DNA of 64,000 nucleotides from an uncultured Phycisphaeraceae bacterium (GTDB lineage Bacteria; Planctomycetota; Phycisphaerae; Phycisphaerales; UBA1924): NCBI GenBank assembly GCA_964352615.1, contig CAYGSG010000007.1, positions 2,315 to 66,314 of the forward strand, read 5' to 3'. Shown piece by piece: positions 57,569 to 64,000 of this stretch (position 1 is its first letter; each line of letters starts with the position of its first letter). The notes under the pieces were generated by a model. It saw only the letters and a program-made list of their open reading frames with translations, ran no database searches and was not told where the DNA came from. The position numbers and the translations under genes were made by a program.

Positions 57569-57585
57569 ACCGGCCTAATCCCGGC

Positions 57586-59361
57586 CTACGCCCGGCGCAA
57601 TCTGAGCACAAACACCGCGCCCGGCCCGGGCTTGAGCGCAAGCCTGCCGCCCATCGCCTGAGCCGACTCACGCGCCAGCGCCAGCCCGAGGCCCAGCCCC
57701 CCGCTGCGCGCGCCGACAAACGGCTTAAAGATCCTGCCCCGCTCACCGGGCGATATGCCCGGGCCGTTGTCCGCAACCGTCAACTCGATCCACCTGCCGG
57801 TGGCTTGGGCTGTGACACCAACACGCAGCGGTTCACTGCCCAACGCGTGCGCGCAGGAGTTGTCGATAAGGTTTACCAGGATTCGGTGCAGCAGCGTGGG
57901 GTCGCAGGTGAGTTGCGTGCTCGCGACCTCGCCCATGTTGAGATCAAACTCGCCCCCTGCACGTTCGACCGCTTCCGCAAGCTGTTCTGTCACACCCAAG
58001 AGAGCGTCCTGCACCGATATCGAACGTGCTTCGGTGGCCCGGCGCACACCCGCGTACGCGAGCACGCTCTCGACGATGGCCTCGAGCCTCGAAACCTGCG
58101 AGCGCAGCATGCCGGCTCGCTTCTCATGCTGGGGCATCAGGTCCGCCTGAAGGCGCAGAGCAGTAAGCGGCGTGCGCAGCTCGTGCGACACAGCGGACGC
58201 GAACCGGGCCCGGCGCGCGCTCAGCGCGAGCGCCTGCCACAGCACCACGCCCACCGCGAGCACAGCGCTGAGCACAGCGGCCCAGCTGGTGGCGATCGCG
58301 CCCCAGGCCCCGGCGCTGAGCCCGGCCCACATCGTGCCCTCGGCCTCGGTCGCAAGCTGCGGCGCGACCACTCGCGCTGGGATCATTGCGAGTCGGTCGG
58401 TCGCTGAAGCAGTGCCGCCGTCGATGGGAACAAGCGACGCCGTGGGCAGCAGATCCACGACCTCTGCGGTCAGCGCCGCTTGCAGGCTGACCCAGTCGAC
58501 CCATACGCCGACCACGCCTCGCTCGGTTCCGATGCGCACGTCGCGCACGAGCACCATCGCGGTCTCGCCGCCGGGCATGCTCAGCCAGATGGGCCGAAGC
58601 TCGCCCTCGATGGGCTCGTCGATCGAGAACAGGTCCGTTTCGGGAAGTTGGAACTCGTCGTTGCGTTGGGCGAGCACCGCGTTCTGTCGGCGCGCGCGCA
58701 GGCCTTGGTCGCCGTACGCAGCGCCGGCATTCTCTGCTTCCGCAATGCTCTTCTCGAGCGATGCACTCGGCTCGGACAGGCCGCTCGGTTCGTCACGCGC
58801 GACGGCTTCTCTGGCAAAATCGGATTGGGGCGGCCCAGCGTTCTCGCGTCCTGCGGCGCGGTCCTCTTTGGCGCGCGCATCACTGAGCGATTCATCGGCT
58901 CCGCTGCGCGGATCGCTCGGCATGCGCTCGGCGATCGCTGCCAGCCATCGGCCTGCGACTTCAATCTTGCCTGGCTCGATGCCCATCGCCATCGCATCGT
59001 CGCGGTCAGTGCCCAAGGGCACCTGCGGCGATGACCAGCCGCCGGTGGGCGTCCACGCGATGTGCAACCGCATCGGGGGTTTGGCACCTCCAAGCAAGGG
59101 CGAGGCGGCCCGGTGGCCCCCCACTTCAACGAACGGCTCGTACCGATCGGGCGCTCGGCCCGATTCGGCTCGCAGCATCCACGCCAGCGCCGAGTCCAAT
59201 CGCCATAGTGCAAGCTGCACCCGCTGCTGGTGGATCACGCGCGACTGCGCCTCGGTCCTGCTGCGCTCGGCCTGCACCGTGCGCCACGTAAGCCACGCGA
59301 GCCCGTCGACCGCGAGCACCACGCACACGATGTAGATGAGCCATGTCAGCCCGCTTCGCAC
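57586..59361 (-). CDS. sensor histidine kinase
   Basis: An N-terminal TM helix, a long periplasmic region and a second TM helix are followed by HisKA FASAVSHELRTPLTAL and HATPase motifs …DNSCAH…, …VADNGPGI…, …GGLGLGLALA…. Confidence 0.85.
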   Translation of the reverse strand: MRSGLTWLIYIVCVVLAVDGLAWLTWRTVQAERSRTEAQSRVIHQQRVQLALWRLDSALAWMLRAESGRAPDRYEPFVEVGGHRAASPLLGGAKPPMRLHIAWTPTGGWSSPQVPLGTDRDDAMAMGIEPGKIEVAGRWLAAIAERMPSDPRSGADESLSDARAKEDRAAGRENAGPPQSDFAREAVARDEPSGLSEPSASLEKSIAEAENAGAAYGDQGLRARRQNAVLAQRNDEFQLPETDLFSIDEPIEGELRPIWLSMPGGETAMVLVRDVRIGTERGVVGVWVDWVSLQAALTAEVVDLLPTASLVPIDGGTASATDRLAMIPARVVAPQLATEAEGTMWAGLSAGAWGAIATSWAAVLSAVLAVGVVLWQALALSARRARFASAVSHELRTPLTALRLQADLMPQHEKRAGMLRSQVSRLEAIVESVLAYAGVRRATEARSISVQDALLGVTEQLAEAVERAGGEFDLNMGEVASTQLTCDPTLLHRILVNLIDNSCAHALGSEPLRVGVTAQATGRWIELTVADNGPGISPGERGRIFKPFVGARSGGLGLGLALARESAQAMGGRLALKPGPGAVFVLRLRRA

Positions 59362-59379
59362 TTGGCGCTCCTCACAGCC

Positions 59380-60105
59380 TTATCGATCGTTCGCCTCGGC
59401 GGGCGATCGCACGAGCATGTAGCCCCGGCCGCGCACGGTCGCGATGACGCGGGGGTTCTGCGAATCGTCTCCCAGCAGCTCGCGGAGCCGAGCGACGGCC
59501 ATATCGACGCTGCGTGTGCGCAGGCCGCGCGGGTCAACCCCCCACACACGCGCGAGCAATTCATCGCGCGAGACGATTCGATCATGGTGGTTGGCCAGGT
59601 AGACAAGCAGCTCGAACTCGCGCTCTGGGATGGTGTGCTTGCTGCCGTCTTCCTGCACGATCTCACGCCTCGCAAGATCGATGGTTCGCCCCGCGACCTC
59701 GATGGTTTCTTCGTTCTCTCGGCGGTCGACGCTTCGGCGGAGCACGGCCTCGATGCGCGCGAGCAATTCATCCACACCAAACGGCTTGACGATGTAGTCG
59801 TCCGCCCCTGATCGCAGCCCGCTGACGCGGTCGGCCTGCTCTCCCTTGGCTGTCAGCAGGATCACGGGCAGGAACGGCTTGTCCCGCCGAATCGCGGCGA
59901 GCACGTCCAGCCCGTCGCCATCGGGCAGCATCAGATCGAGCAGCACCAGATCAACGGTCGCGAAGGAGGCCTCGAGCGCCTGCCGAACGCTGGCGGCTTC
60001 TTCGACCGTAAAGCCTGAACGGGTGAGTGCCTCGCGTAGGGATTCACGAATAGCGGCTTCGTCTTCCACGATGAGGATGCTCGTCGCTGCCATGCTTCCC
60101 TTCAT
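59380..60105 (-). CDS. OmpR-family response regulator
   Basis: ILIVEDEAAIRESL…DLVLLDLMLPDGDGL…PVILLTAKG form the receiver domain. The C-terminal …LELLVYLANHHDRIVSRDELL..VWG…R.VD..V.RLR… is a winged helix. Start options are 60105, 60093 and 60141. Confidence 0.85.
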   Translation of the reverse strand: MKGSMAATSILIVEDEAAIRESLREALTRSGFTVEEAASVRQALEASFATVDLVLLDLMLPDGDGLDVLAAIRRDKPFLPVILLTAKGEQADRVSGLRSGADDYIVKPFGVDELLARIEAVLRRSVDRRENEETIEVAGRTIDLARREIVQEDGSKHTIPEREFELLVYLANHHDRIVSRDELLARVWGVDPRGLRTRSVDMAVARLRELLGDDSQNPRVIATVRGRGYMLVRSPAEANDR

Positions 60106-60250
60106 CGGCTCGCGCGGTGCGCGCAGGCCAAGCCGGTTCAATGGGTATACCCGTTGATGGGGGAGCGGTGCCAGCGGTTACGCCCATGTGACAGAACTGG
60201 GACGACCAAACGGGGGCGACCGGTCGGGGATACTTGAACAGGAAAGCGCC

Positions 60251-60814
60251 TCAGGCAGCGGCACGCATCGAGCCGGGCAGGCGTCGCTCGAGGCGAGGGA
60301 ACGCCCTGCGGGGCGGCCTGGCACCGAGGAACGGGCAGAGCACGTCCCAGTTCTCGCCGGCGAAGAGATCGAGCAGCAGCAGGTCCTCTTCCCGGCCCAC
60401 AAAGTGAGCGAGCACCGCGGCCTTGTGCAGTTCATAGGTCGCGAGCATCGAGACGCGGTCGAACGAGCCCCCGCCGTAGAGCCGGGCGGGCGCATCTGCG
60501 AGGCCCAGCGTGTGCGACCGATGAGCGATGGCTTCGAGCCATTCGTGCGGCGTGCGGAGCGTGAGGATGAACTTGCTGTCGGGAAACGCAAGATCGAGCT
60601 CGCGGAACATGGCTGCGGCCGACGGTCCGCCCAGACCCTGGCAATCCTCGGCGGCCTCGGGAAACTGACCCGCGAGCATGAGGTCGAGCGGTGGATCGGT
60701 TCTGACGGGCATGCCAAGTGCGCCGAGTGCTTCAGCGAGCTGGGCGGTGCCTGTCTCGCACAGGCCGATGCAGAAGACGTGCTGTTGGGAGCAGCGAAGC
60801 ATGAGGCTCTGCAT
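60251..60814 (-). CDS. sulfotransferase-family protein (Sulfotransfer_4-like), tentative
   Basis: N-terminal VFCIGLCETGTAQLAEALGALG resembles the PAPS 5'-phosphosulfate-binding loop (G-x-x-x-TGT-x-x-L). The size is ~187 aa from ATG 60814. The track ORF extension to 61276 overlaps the GT4 gene. Confidence 0.45.
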   Translation of the reverse strand: MQSLMLRCSQQHVFCIGLCETGTAQLAEALGALGMPVRTDPPLDLMLAGQFPEAAEDCQGLGGPSAAAMFRELDLAFPDSKFILTLRTPHEWLEAIAHRSHTLGLADAPARLYGGGSFDRVSMLATYELHKAAVLAHFVGREEDLLLLDLFAGENWDVLCPFLGARPPRRAFPRLERRLPGSMRAAA

Positions 60815-60869
60815 CGGCCGCCGGCCCGAGGCTGTCCAGCCCAACCGGCGCGAGCCGATAGGAAAGCAC

Positions 60870-62447
60870 ATGCCGCGACACGCTTTCATCCTGCTGCCCC
60901 ACGGCCCTGTGATCGGGGGCGTGACCACGTGGGCGGTCAGCCTGTGCGGCTCGCTCCGCGAGGGCGGGCTGTCGGCGTGGCTGCTCGCGCCGGGTGAACA
61001 GGCGGCGCTCAACGCATTGGGCTTGCCAACGGAGTGGCTTTGTCCGCTCGGCGGGCTCGCGCCGCTTTGTGCGGACGAGGCCGTGTTCACGCGCTGGTTC
61101 GAGGCGTGCAGCGAGGTGGTCGCCACGAGGATGACGGATTCCGGCGACGACGCGATCTGGCTGCCCCAACAACTCGGCGAGGGCGTGAGCCTTGGACTGC
61201 GGATCGCTGAGCGGCTCGCAAGCACGCAGAAACTGCGCACGCTGTGGGTCTCGCACTCGGACATCCCGTACAACACCCGTGTTGCGAGGGCGATGGCGCC
61301 GTGGCTCGATGGCGCGGTCGGCGTGAGTCAGGAACTTGCTGCGCAGCTCGCGGCGGCGACGGCTGGGGCGGGAGGCTCCGATCTGCCGGTGCGGACGATT
61401 TTCAATGGGGTGCATGTGCCGAGCCAGCCGCCCGCAGATCGCGGGCCGTCCGAGCGGCTTCGGCTGGTAGCGGTGGGCCGAGTCGAGCACGAGGCCAAGC
61501 GGGTGCTCGCGCTGGCGCAACTGTCGCAGGCGCTTGAAGCACGGGGCATCGGCCACACGCTGACGGTGGTGGGCGACGGGCCAGCGCTGGACGACCTGCG
61601 CGCCGCAGCGACCCCCAACATGCGTTTGCTTGGCGCGGTTCCAGCCAGCCAGATCGGTCCGATGCTCGATCAAGCCGACGCGTTTGTGCAGGCCTCGCGG
61701 TACGAGGGGCTGAGCCTGGCGATGCTCGAAGCGATGGCGCGGGGGTTGCCCGTGGTGGTAACGCGCACGGCTTCGGGCCTCGGCGGCGTAGTCGATGACG
61801 GCGTGCAGGGTGTGATCGCTGAAGCTTCGCGCCACGACGACGAACACATCGCGGGCAAAGCGCTGGCCGAGGCCGTGATCCGCGCGCGCGCGATCGGGCT
61901 GCCTTTGCTGGGCCTTGCGGCTTGGCAGCGGGCACGCGAGCGGTTCACGCTGGAGCAGCAGGCGGAAAAGTTCTGCAAGCTGTTTGATGAAGTGCTTGCA
62001 GCGCCGAGCCGAGCGGCGAACGCCGAGGGCCAGCCGCCTCTCTTTGGGCGCGGTGCGCACAGCACGGTGCCCACGGACGCCGCAGAGCGAATGCTCGCAG
62101 CGCTTGGCAAGCTCAAGGGCCGACGCATCGCCCTTCACGGCTGCGGCGCGCACACCAGGTACATCGCGGAGCGGATCGACCTTGCCTCGGCGGGCGTGGT
62201 GTGCCTGTTCGACGACGACCCGGCGATGGCAGGGCAGACTATCGCGGGCTTGGTGGTCAACACGCCGAGCGATGCGCGCGCGCAGGACGTGAGCGACGTG
62301 GTCATCAGTTCGTATCTGCACGAGGGCATGATCTGGGATCGGCGCCACATCTATGAGCACGCGGGCATCCAACTGCACCGGCTGTATGGGGCGGTTCAGG
62401 CTGGACCGATACAGAGCGGTGCGGCTTCGAGCGCGCCGGCGGCCTGA
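60870..62447 (+). CDS. GT4-family glycosyltransferase with an extra C-terminal Rossmann-like domain
   Basis: MPRHAFILLPHGPVIGGVTTWA… and …SRYEGLSLAMLEAMARGLPVVVT…GVVDDGVQG… form the GT-B/GT4 core with the E-x7-E region. The C-terminal ~130 aa reads GRRIALHGCGAHTRYIAE…VVCLFDDDPAMAGQTIAGLVVNTP. Confidence 0.75.
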   Translation: MPRHAFILLPHGPVIGGVTTWAVSLCGSLREGGLSAWLLAPGEQAALNALGLPTEWLCPLGGLAPLCADEAVFTRWFEACSEVVATRMTDSGDDAIWLPQQLGEGVSLGLRIAERLASTQKLRTLWVSHSDIPYNTRVARAMAPWLDGAVGVSQELAAQLAAATAGAGGSDLPVRTIFNGVHVPSQPPADRGPSERLRLVAVGRVEHEAKRVLALAQLSQALEARGIGHTLTVVGDGPALDDLRAAATPNMRLLGAVPASQIGPMLDQADAFVQASRYEGLSLAMLEAMARGLPVVVTRTASGLGGVVDDGVQGVIAEASRHDDEHIAGKALAEAVIRARAIGLPLLGLAAWQRARERFTLEQQAEKFCKLFDEVLAAPSRAANAEGQPPLFGRGAHSTVPTDAAERMLAALGKLKGRRIALHGCGAHTRYIAERIDLASAGVVCLFDDDPAMAGQTIAGLVVNTPSDARAQDVSDVVISSYLHEGMIWDRRHIYEHAGIQLHRLYGAVQAGPIQSGAASSAPAA

Positions 62448-63448
62448 AGCAGCCCGCTGCGCCAGTGCCAGCGTTTGATCAACACGTGCTGCTGATAGAG
62501 CAGGCCCATGAGCGCACGGCCCTGGTCGGTGGATGATGGCGGAATCGCGCCGGGTTCAATTCCAGCGAGCTTGCGGAAGCTGGCTTCGAGCCGGGCTGCG
62601 TCCTTGGCTTCACGCTCGACAAACTCGCGGCTGTATTCGATCTCGGCGTCGGCTGTGATGTCGCGCCCGAAGACCGCGCGTGCGCACTCGGGGGCGCGGC
62701 GGGCGAGGTTCCAGGCGTGCTCGCCGAGCGTGCGCTCGCGGGCCAGGTACTCGCCCGGGGTGTAGCGGTGGTCGTGGTGGACGATGGCCTTTGGCCGATA
62801 GAGCACGGGCAGGCGTCGGCGGTGCTGAAGGCGGCAAGCGAACTCCAGATCCTCGAAGCACGGCGCGTTGAGCTGCGCATCGAAGCCGTCGATGCTGCGG
62901 ACTGCTTCTGCTGGGACGGAGAGGTTGAGCGTCCACGCGTGCCGGAAGCCCCAGTCGTGGCTTGGGTCGTCGGCTCTGGGCCCGACCATTTGGTCGTAGA
63001 AGAAGACCATGGAGGTCTCTCGGACGAGGCGATCGAACAGGGTGTCACGCTTGGGCACGATCCACGGCGCGGCGCCAAGGACCATCGCTGGGATACCTTG
63101 TTCGTTGAGTTCGCTGTGCGCGCGGGCGTGGTGGGCCACGAGGCCGGGGTCCGGACGGACATCATCGTTCAGGAACAACAGCACCCGGCCCCGTGCGGTG
63201 GCGATGAGTCGATTGCGCGTCGCGGCGGGTCCGGCGTGGGCATCCACGTTGACGCGGACGGGGACGTTTGGGTGGCCCGCGGCAGCGAAGGCCGCGGCGA
63301 CGGCGTCGGTCTCGCCGCGATCGGGACCATCGACGCCCACGAGCACCTCGAAGCGGACGCCCTCGGCCTGCTGGGAGGCGAGGCCGAGGGCGCAGCGTGC
63401 GAGCTTGTCGGCCCGCTGGTGCGTGGGGATCAGGCAACTGATGTCCAT
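62396..63448 (-). CDS. GT2-family glycosyltransferase
   Basis: MDISCLIPTHQRADKLARCL…VLVGVDGPD…GPAATRNRLIATARGRVLLFLNDDV is a GT-A fold with a DxD-like NDD motif. ATG 63448 lies within the longer track ORF. The 3' end overlaps the GT4 3' end by 52 nt. Confidence 0.75.
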   Translation of the reverse strand: MDISCLIPTHQRADKLARCALGLASQQAEGVRFEVLVGVDGPDRGETDAVAAAFAAAGHPNVPVRVNVDAHAGPAATRNRLIATARGRVLLFLNDDVRPDPGLVAHHARAHSELNEQGIPAMVLGAAPWIVPKRDTLFDRLVRETSMVFFYDQMVGPRADDPSHDWGFRHAWTLNLSVPAEAVRSIDGFDAQLNAPCFEDLEFACRLQHRRRLPVLYRPKAIVHHDHRYTPGEYLARERTLGEHAWNLARRAPECARAVFGRDITADAEIEYSREFVEREAKDAARLEASFRKLAGIEPGAIPPSSTDQGRALMGLLYQQHVLIKRWHWRSGLLQAAGALEAAPLCIGPA

Positions 63449-63578
63449 GCTGGGCTCCGTGGCTGGCGCGTTGAAGCGCGGCGAAGGCGCGTGATTACCT
63501 GATGGGCTGATGGCGGGTTCATCGGTTCTCGGGCGTAGTTTCCTGCATCGGGCGGCTGGATGTGCCGATAGACGGGGT

Positions 63579-63980
63579 ATGGCCAAGAACACTCCCACCA
63601 GATCAACCCCACTCGCAACCGCCCCTGAAGCCGACCGTCGGCGTGCGCCCAGATCAGGATTGAGCGTGCCCTGCTGTTTGCGGGCTGATGGCCGATTGCG
63701 GTCGTCGGTAGGTCGCACGCGGAACGTTTCAGCGAGCGGGGCGTTGGTGCAACTGCCGCCGGGCGGGCCGGAGCTGGCCTCGGGCGATGGCGTGCTGGTG
63801 GCGCTGGTGCCGCCGGCTACGGGTTTGGTGGATGCGGGCGAACTCAAGCCAGCGCGGGTGGTTCGCGTGAGTGAATCCGTGCGCGGCAGCGCGTGCGTGG
63901 CGCTGACGTGGGACACGGAATCAGTGCCGAGCTTGGTAGCGGAAACGGCTCGGCCGATCGAGCCGTCCGAGGCGGCGTGA
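63579..63980 (+). CDS. PilZ-domain protein (candidate c-di-GMP receptor)
   Basis: DRRRAPRSGL… (RxxxR) and …GRTRNVSASGALV… ((D/N)xSxxG) have the spacing expected for PilZ. Confidence 0.55.
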   Translation: MAKNTPTRSTPLATAPEADRRRAPRSGLSVPCCLRADGRLRSSVGRTRNVSASGALVQLPPGGPELASGDGVLVALVPPATGLVDAGELKPARVVRVSESVRGSACVALTWDTESVPSLVAETARPIEPSEAA

Positions 63981-64000
63981 GCGCGCAGCGTTATTAGTGG

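Noticed and set aside
60188-60997. 269-aa plus-strand ORF, and the 341-aa extent of the minus-strand ORF 60251-61276.
   Set aside because: The plus ORF is antisense to the sulfotransferase-like gene. The minus ORF's upstream 154 residues are antisense to the GT4 N-terminus and are Ser/Pro-rich, so I kept only the portion from ATG 60814.

Overview
This is a GC-rich bacterial chromosome segment. The gene content (DUF11 surface protein, prenyltransferase-repeat secreted protein, Bat-like DUF58/vWA operon, fragmented dcw cluster) suggests a PVC/Planctomycetota-like organism, but that is inference only. The window has two very different parts. (1) About 1-21.6 kb is an accessory mosaic anchored on the 3' end of the tmRNA gene (ssrA, 21601-21947, minus). 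It holds a large serine recombinase and an SNF2 helicase gene cut inside its DEAH box by a complete IS3-family element (5335-6606, no target duplication). Next come an orphan ChlI-like AAA+/vWA pair, an SDR-DUF2867-pseudo-M48 fusion and a light/UV-repair cluster (class II CPD photolyase fused to an FAD oxidoreductase, DUF2256-DUF3253, FeS-BCP (6-4)-type photolyase). A decay zone follows: an RND pump fragment, two transposase fragments, an orphan RHS C-terminal TNT-type NADase toxin with a candidate immunity gene, and a tyrosine-integrase stub abutting ssrA. (2) 21.9-64 kb is mostly core. It carries mscL and an MscS-family channel, a DUF11 lipoprotein, ispD, lexA, dprA, and a translationally coupled queA-murE-murF-mraY unit. 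It also has a 12.2-kb seven-gene Bat-like operon (DUF58, two TM-vWA proteins, a 1198-aa coiled-coil membrane protein, a polyQ protein, a prenyltransferase-repeat protein and a secreted protein) with no MoxR ATPase. This operon is my best candidate for an uncharacterised system. The remainder includes an EF-hand/dockerin repeat protein, a TM2 protein, a cysteine-less FmdB-like protein, an OYE reductase, an O-antigen-ligase-like protein, an iron-type substrate-binding protein (SBP), an M20 amidohydrolase, a two-component system, and a sulfotransferase/GT4/GT2/PilZ locus. I saw no rRNA, tRNA or CRISPR array. All family assignments come from motif recognition by eye, and no searches were run.
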